Positions 14,441-29,716 of a stretch of DNA of 64,000 bases are shown piece after piece. Both the position numbers and the translations under genes were made by a program. Every line of letters starts with the position of its first letter. Position 1 is the first letter of the stretch. Source of the DNA: Eledone cirrhosa (lineage: Eukaryota); the NCBI GenBank assembly GCA_964016885.1, contig OZ024751.1:33914001-33978000 (forward strand), given 5' to 3'. The notes beneath the pieces are model-generated. The model made no database searches, had not been told where the DNA came from, and was given only the letters and a program-made list of their open reading frames with translations.

Positions 14441-15981
14441 AGTCCTCTTTTATTCCAGTTATCATATCCTGGATGTTCTGCTGGATTAAGGAAGAGATCA
14501 TTGTGAGGGTGTCTTTATCTGTTAAGACCGCATGGGCACCTTAGCAACAGCATGGTTTTACATGTGTTTTATATGAATTGTGAGAGGGGTAGGGTCGAAC
14601 ATATGTGAAATAGTCATTCGGGTTATGATGTCCGCGAAATTTAAGATGGAACAATCATATATATAATTACATTTGTCTAATGCAATATTCCTTTTACAAT
14701 AGGATAGGGTGTGATTTGAGGGAGATTTGGCTGGTATTTTTAGTAGTTTAAACGACGACATAAAAGGTTTAACATGAAATCGTTGATGGTAGTGTTATTA
14801 GTAGTCACATTTCATTTCACAATATCTTAATTTAATAGAACTTCCCTTCTCTTTCAAAACCACATCTCATAAACCCTCAACTTCCACAACACCAAACATT
14901 ACTTACAAAATCATGTGGGTCCTCACCTGAAAAGAAACACACCTTAATTACAAAACTACACAAAATCTCAAGTGACAACACCTTACTCACAAAAGCACAC
15001 AGTACCTCACCTGACCTGTAAAACCTCAACTGCCCTCAAACTACAGCAATCTCATACATCTACGAACAATTTCGTCTTTCTGCTGAAGTATAATCTAGAA
15101 CTGTTGGCTCCAGTTCTGAAGATATCCAATATAATTAGTGTTTGGGTCCTTCCTTTCTCTGTAATTCTATGATATTGTCTACATCTTTGTTGCCGTTATA
15201 TTTGTTTCTCTCTACACATCTATAAGTTTTTGTGTAGGATTATACACATGTATGAGTTTGTGTGTATGATTATACATGTGTATGTGTTTGTGTGTATGAT
15301 TATACATGTCTATGTGTAGGCATTTGAGTATTATATGTGTATTTATAAGCATGTATATGTGTATGTTATATGTTGTGGGTATGCTCTATCCGCGTATGCG
15401 TGTTTTTCTGGGGTGTGGGTTTCATGACCATGTATGTGTATGTTTTTGTGTGCATGCGTGTGTGTATTTATTTGTGTGTGAATGTATATATTTCTGTGTA
15501 TGCATATGTTTGTTTCCATATGTATGTATGTATGTATATATATATATGTGTATTTATATATATAAATATATGTGTGTGTGTGTACGTATGTATATATGTG
15601 TATATGGGAATGTGGACTGTAAAAATTGTCAGATGACCAGTTTGAATAACTCTTGTCCAAAGGGGAAAAATCGTTCGTTCATCCATCGATCTTTCATCCA
15701 CACACACAGACACACACACACACACACACAACTACACACAGACACACACACAAAACTACACACAGACACACACACACAACTACACACACTAAGGTTTATT
15801 TGGAGAGCAAGAAGTTCATTAATTATATTCCAGCTGGTCTGATTCCCAACACTGATAGACTCATCAAAGATATCTTGACTGATGGCATCTACTCACAAGA
15901 TTTCAACACATACATATTTATATATGTACATACACCTACGCACACACATATACATATATATACATATATATATATACATAC

Positions 15982-16091
<110 letters not shown>

Positions 16092-16147
16092 ATATATATA
16101 TATATGTATACATATATATGTATGTATACATATATGTCTCTCTCTCA

Positions 16148-16183
<36 letters not shown>

Positions 16184-16721
16184 TCTCTGAGGGCAGCCAA
16201 GCTCGATGGTACCAATTTCCTCTGAAAAATAGCAGAACTGAAAAAGAGTTCATTTGTCCATTCTAAATTGTGTGCCTTTGTCTGTTTACGTTTCACTATG
16301 TGATGAAACAAAGGAAAATATTAAACATAACATCTAATGCTAACATGCTATCGTAAAGATATCATTTCTAGAATAACATGGTCACTTATGTATAGCGATT
16401 ATTTACTTCATACATTCGTGTAGTAGTAAGGGAGCATCTGGTGAAATGGGGTGGTAAATAAGAAGAGAATCATTTAGAATTCATCGTGTAGAGAATTGTT
16501 AGAAGGATATTTTTGTAAATGTGTCTGTTTAGCCCTAGGAAATCCATAATTGTGCTGAACTATGATGAGCACCACTTAACAGTGATTACTTTCTCCAATG
16601 CACTCGTTGTTTTAGAGGTGGCTATGTGTGATTATTTCATCCGTAACTGATACATTTAGCAGGTCAATCATTGATGTAGAGGCTATGTTAGTAAGTTTTT
16701 TTGTTGGTATTATTTAACCCT

Positions 16722-16875
16722 ACGTTCTGAGTTCAAATCCCGCCGAGGTTAGCTTTGCCTTTCACCCTTATGGGGTCGATAAAATAAAGTACCAGTAATA
16801 CACTGGGGTCGATCTAAATGACTTTCCCCTTCCCCAAAATTGCTGGCCTTATTCCTAAAGTAGAGTAAATTATTT
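16722..16875 (+). mobile_element. tRNA-derived SINE, 5'-truncated
   Basis: B-box, central body and tail match the other copies. Confidence 0.85.
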
Positions 16876-17354
16876 CACCCTACGTTAATTCTAGCCGTGT
16901 TAACCTACAGTATCTGGCGATGGCGCAGTCGCTTTTCTCTATCTTTATATAACTCTTTGCCTCTCTTTAACTCTCTTGTTTTTATCTCTTTATTTCCCTC
17001 CATATTCTAAGTTCAAAATATTGTATTTATTGCAGCACACAAATAATACATTCCACCCGAACAATGGAATTTATCGCCAAAATGTCTGGCACATATTATA
17101 CCTACCTCACCATGTTCAATGTATATTACATATGAATGTGTGTGTGTTGGTGGACGTAAATATATGTATGTGTGAGTGTGTGTGTATATATATGTGCATA
17201 TATGTGTATGTATGTATTTATCTGTATGTATGTGTGTGTGTGTATATATCAATATATATATATAAATATATATCAATATATACACACATATATATATATA
17301 TAATGTATATATATATATATATATATATATATCAATATATACACATATATATGC

Positions 17355-17387
<33 letters not shown>

Positions 17388-17410
17388 TATACACATATAT
17401 ATGCATATAT

Positions 17411-17459
<49 letters not shown>

Positions 17460-17487
17460 TATATATATATATATACACATATATATA

Positions 17488-17543
<56 letters not shown>

Positions 17544-18491
17544 TATATATAGATATATTCATACATACGTTCGTACACACACATACATAAATATATATTA
17601 TTTTAAACAAATGTTTTCTTTTTTGTTTTTCTTCAAGTAATGAATGAACAAAAAACGTAGAACATAACATAATCACCAATCAAATATTTTAGGATATTTT
17701 GGAAAATGGTGGAACAAAAGACAAAGAACTAAGAAAACATTTCATCTTAAAACATGCAATTCCTACAGAAAAAAATAATAATAATAATAAATATATGGCT
17801 GCAAAACAAATTTGTGAAAAAAATTAATCTTCCTTTTTTTTTCTTTTTTTTTTATCTTACTTTATACCGTTTGTTGTTGGTCATTTAGTTTTATTTTCAT
17901 CTTTTCTCTGTCTTTTGTTTGCAGAATCCCAAAGAACTTCTCAATTTTTCATAAATATATTTTTTCCCTTTTCAAGCCAATGTCTCTTTTGACGTTGGCT
18001 CCATAATGGCTGAGGTTTCATTTGACCTGTGGCATCTGGACACACAGATGTGTATGATGGCACACCCATACACATACACACACGCATACACAAATATATA
18101 CATACACACACACATACACATATATATACATACACACACACGCACACATATATATATACATACATATATATATATACAAGTAGACACATATATACACTCT
18201 CACAAAATTAAATGTATACATAAAATATATATATATAAAGAGAGAGGGAGGGTGATAGATATACATTTACTATATGCTAACACACATACACACGCAAATT
18301 GCGCATATAATGTATAACAGATAATGCATATGTATATATATATATATATATATACTTGCATACTCATATATATATATACATACATCGGTATTTCATGTAC
18401 GTATATATATAAGTACTATGAAATAATATCATAAAAAATGATTATATACTACTCAAACAATTATATATATATATATAAACATACATTGTAT

Positions 18492-18526
<35 letters not shown>

Positions 18527-18527
18527 A

Positions 18528-18572
<45 letters not shown>

Positions 18573-18574
18573 TG

Positions 18575-18607
<33 letters not shown>

Positions 18608-18920
18608 ACACAGCTTCCATATAAATGTTGGAGTAGTTTGTAATCAATTTTTTAGGATACTATTTGGAATATGTAATTTTCGTATACATATTCACATCTC
18701 TCTATCTATCTATCTATCTATATATTCAGGTTTGAAGGTTCACCGCTGGGTAGAGCTGGTCAATTCCGTGTGGTCAATCTTAATGTAATAATATGGAGAG
18801 TACTCAACGTAAAGCAGTTCAACCGTCTTCGTTTTTGTAGTTGGTGGTGCTAGTATGGAGTTAAATATTATAATAAAATGACAGGAGGCTGGACTTGTGT
18901 AAATCCTTGAAAGGTTTATT

Positions 18921-18978
18921 ATACTATGGTCATTTCAATGACCGGGTTCCGTATGAATCCGGTGATATCATCAGGTAT
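18921..18978 (-). ncRNA. Type I hammerhead ribozyme motif (PLE-type, near intact)
   Basis: Minus strand: atac-CTGATGA-tatcaccggattc atacg gaacccggtcatt-GAAA-tgacca-TA-gtat, followed by AATAAA. Confidence 0.75.
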
Positions 18979-19835
18979 TCGAAATATAATAAATGAATGT
19001 AATAGATAAAATCCATGGAGCTGAGAATCAAAGACCGGGGGACGACCGACCATCTAGCATCTTCCTCTTTAGCCGGTCGCCCTCAAGTGCTGGCTATTCG
19101 GTCTACTTGAGGCTATCTGGTGAGGGGGGTAAGGCTTATAGTGTGCTACTACCCTCCCGGTCAAATATAAGTAAAACAGAAAGGGAGAGGAAGATAAGTC
19201 AGCGTTAATATCATGCTACACGAAAAAAGACAGAAAGAAGGGGGAAGAAAAGGAAGAAGAAAAGTCAGCGTTACTGTCGGGCTACAAGAAGAAAGAGAGA
19301 AAGAAAGAGGAAGAAAAGTCCGTACTAATGTCAAGCTAGTCAGGCCAGCAATGGCTCGAAAAAAATTTATTCTAAAGGACCGGTATCTTAACAGAGGTAT
19401 ATATTATAACAGAGGTGGTGGTCTGCATGTTATAATGTGTGAGCAGCAGATTGGAACGTTAAATTTTTGTTTAGGATGAAGTTACAAAAATTTAATATTT
19501 AATATTAACATTATAAAATTAAAGAAATTAGAAAATTGAAATTTAAACAGTTTAAAATTTTTTAAGTTTTGGTTGCGAGGTTTAAGTAAAGAAAGAGTCT
19601 TTTATGAAGAAACTTAAATTGTATTATAGAGTAAAGATTATGTCTTTGTTTAGCAGTCAAACAGCATGCGGCGACGTAGGCTACGTCGGCCCATCCTAAC
19701 CGCGTGTCAGCCCTTCCGAGTGAGATCGCCTAGCGAAAGATATGGAAATCAATTTGGAAAGATATGGAAATCAATATGGAAAACAGACTAAATAAAGATG
19801 GCGTAGACATACAATGTAACGGGAGGAAACAATAG

Positions 19836-19879
19836 CACCACTGACGATGTTGCAGATGTGCAACGAAAGAACTTTGATA
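19836..19879 (+). ncRNA. Hammerhead motif with a decayed stem I
   Basis: cacca-CTGACGA-t-gttgca gatg tgcaac-GAAA-gaac-TT-tgata. Confidence 0.55.
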
Positions 19880-20125
19880 AACTATATATATGTGTTTGTG
19901 TCTATATTGTATCTGTATTATTTTTGACCGTTGGTCAGTCAATGGCAACATTGAGGACCGAATAAATTAGATTACCGATATAAAAGACACAGAAGCGAAA
20001 AGCGAAAACCAACCAAACAGTGAGTGTGTTCTGTTATTAATTCTGGCAATATTACACAAATATGACCCTCCCCAAGTATAACAATATTTGTTTCGACACA
20101 CGATTTCATATCAAAAACCTCGCAA

Positions 20126-20220
<95 letters not shown>

Positions 20221-20513
20221 GCGTTTCTACAAACACCTCAAACATGCCGGTAACTCTACAACCTTATATGTGAACGAGGTTGACTTTTTCAATCCATCAA
20301 TAAAATACAAAAGCAAGATCCCGCCCGAAGTCACTGACAATTTTCAAATATATTAGCTGTCACCAGAGAGGGCTGAGAGAGCCTGACTCTTATACTACAT
20401 CTCCCGAGTGGATGGAGCTACGGTAATAGTGCAACTATTTTCCCGTTTCAGATACCTACAATTTTATGAAATATCGACACATAATTCTAAATCATTTCAT
20501 AGAAGATTATTTA

Positions 20514-20625
20514 CATCCCGCCGAGGTTGACTTTGCCTTTAAAATAAAGTATTTTCGATAAAATAAAGTACCAATAATGCACTGGTGAATTGCTGGCCTT
20601 GTGCCTAAAGTAGAAACAATTATTT
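20514..20625 (+). mobile_element. SINE fragment
   Basis: atcccgccgaggttgactttgcc..gctggccttgtgcctaaagtagaaac. Confidence 0.8.
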
Positions 20626-20890
20626 ACATAAAATCAGTTATTTTTCTTTCTATGATAGACGGTATGCGGTACTATATCACAATCACTCCCTCTTTCATAC
20701 TATCTCTCCATCTTATTCCTTTTATTCTCTCTCTCTTCTTTTCTGGCCATTCATAAGACGTTATCTCTTTGCTAGGATCATCGTACCAGCTGACTGTTTT
20801 ACAGCTATTTCCCTCTTTAAGATTTTCTACAATTTTACGATATATATATGTATGTGTGTATATATATATATATATACACACACACACGCG

Positions 20891-20959
<69 letters not shown>

Positions 20960-21285
20960 AGTGGTAAGTGAATGGTGTGTATGTATATGACTAAGTTTGT
21001 ATTTATGTGTGTCGTTCTTATGTGAGTGTGTATATTAACGTACGGTGTGTTTATATGTATATGTTTAAGAGTCTTTTACTGTGTGTTTATATCTGGAGGG
21101 GCCATTATCAGAATGTGTGTATATATATATCTATGTTTCTGTATATATATGTGATGTATGTCTATAACAGCCACGAGCAGCTCTTTATCAATTCTTGTGT
21201 CATTGTTTTTGACAGTTTCCATCCTGGTCACTTACACACATTCATACACACACACATACACGCATTCACACACACACACACACAT

Positions 21286-21354
<69 letters not shown>

Positions 21355-21420
21355 TGAATAATTGTACAGATAATTGCCTAGGAATCTATATTTCTAAACA
21401 CACACCCACACACACACTTA

Positions 21421-21537
<117 letters not shown>

Positions 21538-21642
21538 GTATATAACAACACAAATATGTTGTTTAAACATTAAACAATCTGACAAATGTTTTGTCTCCAT
21601 TATAGAATCGGAAGTCTTTGTTTGTTGTGGCATCGAACAGAA

Positions 21643-21680
<38 letters not shown>

Positions 21681-22302
21681 TTCCTTGATTTCTTTGTTGT
21701 CGTTGTTGTTATATAAAAATGCTTCAATAACTCTTTGTTTGAATCAGGCAGCTCAATTCCTCCTCAAATCCTTCATTATATTTCTTTCTCTATTTTTTTT
21801 TATTTAATCTCATCTAACTGAAAGGAAACCATCTGTGAGAAATGTTGTTTTTCTTTGGGGTTTAAATCTATAACTGGCTTTGTTGGAATTATAGAAGTAA
21901 AAATGGAATGAAATATTCCCGTTCTCCTATTCTCTGTTTCATTTGCTTGTAATTTTGGTATCTTCTGGTTAACTCATGGCAATGGTTTTCTGGCATCTCT
22001 AGAATGTTCCTTTCGTTCGATATGGCTCACGAAAAATCTATTTTACTCTCTAATAATATTGTTGCACTTTGTTCTCTATATTAAATTCACAGTGTTTAAA
22101 GTTCACCTAAATTTTATCTTACTATTATAGATATAGAAAAATAAGTTAGGGTACTAACACCACCACCACAACAACAACAACAACAAATGTAACAGAAACA
22201 AACAACGACAATAACAGCAACACTGACATCAACGACAATATAAATAGCAACAACAACAAGAAGAACAATAGCGACTACAATAATATTGACATTAACAATA
22301 CA

Positions 22303-22820
22303 TGTGTTGGCCAGGAAGGGCAGGCAGTTTTCCCCTGCCTGGTGGCTGTAGCGGTTGTGTGGTGGTCGAGGCTGGAAGGACTGAAGACAGACACTTCTCT
22401 TTTCGGCCAAACCCTCAACATTTTCAAGTTCAACTTGGAGAAGGTGAGGGTTGAGAGGTAAATGCCCCCCTCCCCCAATACATTTGTTAAAAGATGGTTA
22501 GACGAAGCGATGATGGCCCGAGTAAGTGGGCTTACTCTGAACATATGCCAGTAAACTGGACAATTTCGCAAGAACAGGGGCACCTTCCTCTGGTGGTCTT
22601 GGTGACTAGAGTGGTTTAGGATCTGTGAGTATTGTAAGTTACCCCTGGGTGGTGCTCCCCACTGTTGGGGAATTTTTATCGTTATTAATTTATTATATAT
22701 TTTTATCTATTTCATTTCTTTACATGCTTTCATTTTTATATAAATCTCCACTGTCCCTGTTTTGTGTATCGTCCTACATGTTTCTGTCCTTATGTCTAAT
22801 ATAGAAAGAATTATTATTAT
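22303..22820 (+). mobile_element. Tx1/L1-like LINE 3' end (ORF2 C-terminus plus 3' UTR)
   Basis: QAVFPCLVAVAVVWWSRLEGLKT..KVRVER..FVKRWLDEAMMARVSGLTLNICQ*; second copy at 8062-8835; (ATT)n tail. Confidence 0.7.
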
Positions 22821-22889
22821 TGTTGTACTTCTTCTTCTCCCCCTCACATATTAACGTTGACGCCATTGTTAAGGGTATATTGTTAATTT

Positions 22890-22927
22890 AACCTAAATAT
22901 ATTTTCTATTTTTATTCTAGGTAAGTG
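22890..22927 (+). promoter_or_regulatory. Candidate recursive splice site (pyrimidine tract-AG|GTAAGT)
   Basis: attttctatttttattctAG immediately followed by GTAAGT. Confidence 0.4.
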
Positions 22928-23314
22928 GCGTATTTCCTTACATTCAACCCATTCTTGCTGTGAAATTAAGGTAGGCTTCAATATATATATATAATTGTTT
23001 TAATCCCAAGGCCAGCAATTTCAGGGGGGGGGGGTCGATTAAATCGATCCCATTAATGCAAAGCATTATTATGTTACAGTTTGAAGGAAAACATAACAAA
23101 TGTTATGAAACAAAATTATAATGGTAAATTTTTAGATAAATATAAAACCTTAACATAACTAATTGTGTATCGTAGAATCAATTGTGGTTTCAGACGATGT
23201 AGTTAAACGAAAAGGTTAAACGATTAAAATGTTAACCTACATTATATAAGCATAATCTTCTGATTGGTAAAACTTAGTAGCTCATTAAAACTATAGGGGC
23301 TATTGGTATTAGTC

Positions 23315-23351
<37 letters not shown>

Positions 23352-23521
23352 GAGAGAGAGATGTATATATATAGAGAGATAGATAGATAGAGGGGGTGTA
23401 GATACAAAGATGTATAGATGATTGTTCCTAATGACAAACAAGAGAAAACACTACAATTTATATAAAGTAAGACGAAAGCTCTCAATGTCTTCAGACGCAG
23501 TAATGAATATTTATTCAGTAG

Positions 23522-23718
23522 AATGTTGCTTACAAATTGGTTTCAGTCTTAATTAGAAACTGCCAGAGCATTAAGTGGTTACAAAATATCTGATATATAA
23601 TATCTTTTCCTTTATTTCATTGTCGCCTCTTATGTTTTATATAAGATAGTGTTTCATCATTTCTTTTTAATGGTCTGACGATTTCTAATTAAGACAGAAA
23701 CGATTTTCTAGGCATTTT
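23522..23718. mobile_element. Old fold-back element with a degenerate hammerhead core in each arm
   Basis: ttaatggtCTGACGAtttctaattaagacaGAAAcg (23667-23702) and a diverged inverted copy at 23522-23575. Confidence 0.55.
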
Positions 23719-23773
23719 ATTAAATAATATGTAAACACACACACACACTCACATATATATATATACATATATG

Positions 23774-23835
<62 letters not shown>

Positions 23836-24975
23836 GAATACGTACATACGTTGAAACACACTCATACATACACACACACACATTTATATAACTTTCAGAA
23901 CTTTCGTCCAGTAATGGCCCAGGCCATGAATTACTTAGTAACCCCACCTGGCAAATATATACATAAGAAAAGTCAACAAACACGCATACCATAGGAGAAT
24001 AATATAATAGAATGGTCCTATATATGTGTTTAACGCTTGATATAGTAGTAGTTTCGAATGTTAATCCTTCATCAGAAGAAAGAATGAAAGTGTAAGAAAA
24101 CACATTTCCTTGGATATTTATACCAAGTTTGTACTATAATATATATATATATATAGTCGTATATTAGCATCATATCCCCATCTAGTTGCAACCACGTCGT
24201 CCGCATATTTCAGCATAGTTCCTTAAGTCTTAGCAATTGTACCAGCTCTGAATTGTGCTTATTTCTTCAGCCAACTTAACATTCTATACTCAGTAGTACA
24301 CATGCATATTAATATAATATACCCAATAGAAGATGGATTCGTGTTATATACCCAATACATAAGCAACTAAAATCTACTTAAAATTTCGCTCTACACTACA
24401 TATTGATACACTATGCCCCGAAGGAGAGAAGATGGCGTGGTCGAGGATGTGATTGCATAAATATGGATAACTGCCCTTTAACGCCGAAATTCTGATCTAG
24501 ATATTTTCTTCGCACGTTTTATGTCTTTCTGTCACACTAAATATCGCAACTCCATCTGCAAACTAATAGGTTTAATTCCATTGAACATTTTCACGTGACG
24601 CCGTGATATCTTCCTTTTCTTAAATGTGATATTTGCTCGTTTAATTTTTCGAAAGATGTATACCTGCGTCCAGGGATAGATATATATCACAGTTTCTAAA
24701 GATCCTGAATAACGATGAAAACAGAAATTGTTTGCTTAAACGTTTAATCTGTGGCAACAATATATATATATTCATATATATATATATATATGTGTGTGTG
24801 TACAAAGGATACACCTTTATATGCAACATCGTTCATTGTTTGATTTGCTTAACTTTAATAGAATTAAATAGAATTTTTATGAAAGAATTTAGTAGCTATT
24901 AAACTAATTGAATCTGTAAATATTCACCATCTTTTTTCACCATCCATCTTTTGATTTTTGCGAGTTTCTACATTG

Positions 24976-25091
<116 letters not shown>

Positions 25092-27289
25092 GAGAGAAAG
25101 GGTGATAGACAGATAGATCGATAGATATTTAGATAGATAGATGGATACATAGATATGTATACATATAATCAGTATGTATATGCATGTATACACACACACA
25201 TATATATGTTTGTGTGTGTGTGTGCTTGTGTACGTGTATGTGTCTTACATTTTACTCTTTCTATTGTCGGTGTACGTTCAGATTTTTTCTTCCATTTTCC
25301 CTTGTTTGGGGGACATGTTATAATTATATTTTCTTTATATATTTTTTCATATATATTTGACAATGTATTTTTTATATATTATATTTTTTTGTATTTTATT
25401 TTGTTTCTTTCATTATTTATTTATTTATTTATTTATTTATTGCTTATATTTAAATTGAAATAAATTACAGCTTCATTATACAATAACTGAATGGAACGAA
25501 TAGAATTCTCGTGGAGTGAAGAACAATTTTTATATTTATTTTTAATTAAAAAAAAACAACACAGAAACGGAAAAGAACTAAATAGGATTTTTATCTTCGC
25601 AGAGAAGCAATAGGCATTTAGAATACATTTTTCAAACCATTCCTGACAGTTTGAATCTTTTAAAGCATGAAATAGAAATTGTTTTATTTCTTTTGTTGTG
25701 TTTGTATTTTCCTCGTAATTTCGCCTTCTTTCTCTCAACAACGCTAATAATTGTGATGATGATTATGATGATGATGATAATAATACCAACAACAACAACA
25801 ACAATAGTTGTAATATTAAAAGAAAAATCAACGTAGCAGATATTTGGGGAAAGAAGACTGAAATAAAAAGAGGTCGCATGAATGGTGCAGAACGGGGAAG
25901 TAGAAACCAAGACAAGATTTTACTCTGCACTTCTTGAAATGTGGACAAAATAACTTTTATCACAAGAAACCTGTTATTGCTATTGTTGTTAGTGTTGTTG
26001 TTGTTGTTCTTGGTGGTGGTGGTGGTGGTGGTTGCTAGTGGTGATGGTGGTGTTGGTGTTGTCGTCGTTGCTGTTGTTGTTGGTGGTGTTTTACGTTGCT
26101 GTTGTCATTGTTGTTGTTGTTGTTGTTGTGGTGGTGGTGGTGGTGGTGGTGGTTGATTTTATTGTTGCTGTTGTAGTTGTGGTTGTTATTATTTTTCTTG
26201 TTGCCTGCATTGTTGTTGTTCTTGTTGTATGTGTTTATGTTGGTGTTGTTGTTGCATGTGTCGTTATTTTTTGCGTTGTACATGTTGTTGTTGTTGTACT
26301 TGTCGTTGTTGCTGCTGTTGTTGTTGTACTTGTTGTACTTGTCGTTGTTGTACTTGTCGTTGTTGTACTCGTCGTTGTTGCTGCTGTTGTTGTTGTACTT
26401 GTCGTTGTTGTATTTTTGATAGTTGTAGTTGTTTTTTTTATTTTATTATTCCAACGTTTCTGGTTTAATGGCTAAATGATGACATAACCGAAATTAAGAA
26501 TTTATGTTATACTGTTGTTTTTGCAAGTGATGTATGGTGAAGGATGGAGGGTGAAGAGTGGCGGGCGGAGTGTAGAAAGGGAGTAAGAGTGTGTTTTTTT
26601 TTCTGTGATGATGAAGTGAAAAGCTATTGAAAGAAGTTTGTGTGAGTGTTAGTCGTGTGTAAGAGAAATGATTGCTTCTGAGTATATATCCGAATTCTAT
26701 GTATGTAGATGTATCTATATGTGTGTATATGTGTCATTGCATTTCTATATGTTTGTGTCTATATATACGTAAATACTTATGTGTGTATATGTCTGTAAGT
26801 GGGTGTATCTGAGTGCGCGCGCCTACGTATGTACTTTTGTGAATATGTATACAAACATGTATATACGTATATATATATACGTATACATATACGTATATAT
26901 ATATATATATATATATACATTTATGTGTGTGTGTATCTATGTATTCTATACATATATGAGAGTGCATGCATATATATGCATAAATATATTATACATATGT
27001 GTGCACGTGTGTGTATGTGTGTGAGTCAGTACATGAAAATGGTAAATGAAATAAAAAATATATTTCAGCGGCAAACATCAAAAAGGAAACTGAAGAAAGT
27101 CAGCGAACTAATCATGGCCGACTAATTGTCTTTTACCAGAACTTACAAAATTGTTTTCTTTTTCTTTATCTTCGTCTTTTTTTACCTTTTATGAAACATC
27201 TAAAGGTTTCACAGAAGCAAAAGAAATTATCTATTATAATGGCGGCTTTTTTTATTTATTACTTCCCCTTATGGATGTCGTAAAGACAG

Positions 27290-27400
27290 GTCGATTAGTG
27301 GTTAGAGTGTTAGACTTCGGATCGTAAAGTCATGGGTTCGATTCCTAGATTGGATGCTGCGTTGTCTTCTTAACTAAGATATTTTGTTTCAAGTTTTATT
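27290..27400 (+). mobile_element. Second tRNA-derived SINE type (CORE-like), decayed
   Basis: A-box-like tagtggttagag and B-box gggttcgattcc; related remnant near 58570-58655. Confidence 0.5.
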
Positions 27401-27791
27401 TCGACCTTATTATTAAAGAACAATGAAACTGAGAAATCTCCGAGATGCAACCACCTTTGATGTCCTCTAACCCTGCCGAGATATCATCTGTATTTTCTTT
27501 TACATTATGACTGTCGATTAAATAGAGCCGTTAACGTATCGATTATTGCTCGATTTCTTGCATTCTGATTTCAATTCCGCAGAGTTCCCTTTAAATTTCA
27601 TCATTTCGAGGTTGTAATGGAAAAAAAATTTCAGTGACTGCCTGATGGAAATCAACTGACCAAAGTCGGTTGAGTGTCGTGTATTAGTTTCCGGTTCTCT
27701 GTTCTCAGTGTAAATATTCCATTGAGGTCATTGGCTATACACCCTGTATAGTTCAGTATAGCAATAGATGGACAGGGAATTCCTATGTGGG

Positions 27792-27940
27792 TAGATAGTT
27801 TGGTTTCGACAGTGGCAGGTGAATTCTTTGGCTAGATAGTTTAGTTTCGACAGTGGCAGGTGAATTATTTGGCTAGATAGTTTAGTTTCGACAGTGGCAG
27901 GTGAATTCTTTGGCTAGATAGTTTAGTTTCGACACTGGTA
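27792..27940. repeat. 41-bp tandem repeat, ~3.6 copies
   Basis: tagatagtttagtttcgacagtggcaggtgaattctttggc. Confidence 0.9.
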
Positions 27941-28361
27941 GATGATCCCTTGATTGAAGAAGACTGCATGGTAATATATCTGCTTTTTCTATTTCGAAGT
28001 GCGATATTCGAAACTATATTGTCAGGCAAGGGTAGCTTATCTTACATTATGTGTATTAAATAGCTTGTGGTATTTTTATCTGCTAGGGAATGTTACAAAA
28101 TGAGGGCGGAAAGGTTCCTTGCTATTTCTACAAAAATACATAAACCGGACGGAGGATTGAACCAGCCTTTATTTCCTTTTAGTAACTCACTTCAGTAATG
28201 AAGACTGGGGATTCTACATTCCCATAAATTTCAAATAAAAGAAGATGCTACTCTTTTTGACGCCTTCCTATAGTGCGATGATGTCTTTGTATGAGGGTAA
28301 ATTTGAGATTCTTTTGCAGATACCAGCTGTAAAGTTAATAATTATAGCTGCGGGCTGGTTA

Positions 28362-28400
<39 letters not shown>

Positions 28401-29208
28401 CTAACATAACATATTAATAAGACGTAATAGTTCAACGTTTGCCAAATTAGTAAATAACTTAATAGCTTAAAGTAATTACAACCAGTGATTAAAAATAAGA
28501 TACTTTAATCTTTCTTTTACCTCCAATCTGATTTCCTATTTGTACGAGCTTCGTTTATATATTTTTATTATTATAGATTTTCTTCTGATTACTAAAATAT
28601 TTATGCAATGTCTGGGGATCGAGTTGCAGACGGAACTGCACTCTTTGGAAAATCAAGCAGGAAATGTAATGAAAGAAATATATATATATCAAAGTAGAAC
28701 ATTTCATCGTATTTTAATTACATGTACAACATGGGAAAAGAGAAACATTAGAGTGAGAAAGATATCACAACGTTATAAATAAATAGATGAAATCTACACC
28801 ACATCTGTCTCTACACGTGCAAACTAAAAGAAAAGATATATGATTTGTTTTTAATATTAAATAACTATATAAACATTTACATAGAAGCTGCGAATTTGCA
28901 GAGTCGTTAAAATGTTAACAGAATTTATAGATGTACGATACTGAAGCACAGAAAATAACGGAAATTACTGCCAGTTGCTAAAACATCTATATACTACTCA
29001 CATTCTGTGATTGTGTAAAGATCCTTAGAGTCGGAAAAAGATGTTGGAAGAAGCTGCTACAAAGAATCGAACTTCGAGTCCCTCACGATCCTCTAGTCTG
29101 GTAGAAGGGATTTCTATAGTAAAATAATCACGCCTGTACTCACTCTGCTAACGTCTGGAGTACCTTTTTAACAGTAGTCGCCTCCCAATTTGTATCATGA
29201 TTCTACAC

Positions 29209-29238
<30 letters not shown>

Positions 29239-29290
<52 letters not shown>

Positions 29291-29334
29291 TACATATAGA
29301 TACATACACACCTACCTACTAACCCCCCCCCCCC

Positions 29335-29371
<37 letters not shown>

Positions 29372-29445
29372 GCAGAAGGAATATTCAATTTGTTGGTAAT
29401 TCAACAAATATAAATATAAATATATATGCATATACATATATATAT

Positions 29446-29519
<74 letters not shown>

Positions 29520-29574
29520 TTTATATTTATATTTATATTTGTTGAATTACCAACAAATTGAATATTCCTTCTGC

Positions 29575-29607
<33 letters not shown>

Positions 29608-29649
29608 GGGGGGGGTTAGTAGGTAGGTGTGTATGTATCTATATGTAGT

Positions 29650-29716
<67 letters not shown>

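Noticed and set aside
27792-27940. CRISPR-like 41-bp array
   Set aside because: Head-to-tail repeats with no unique spacers
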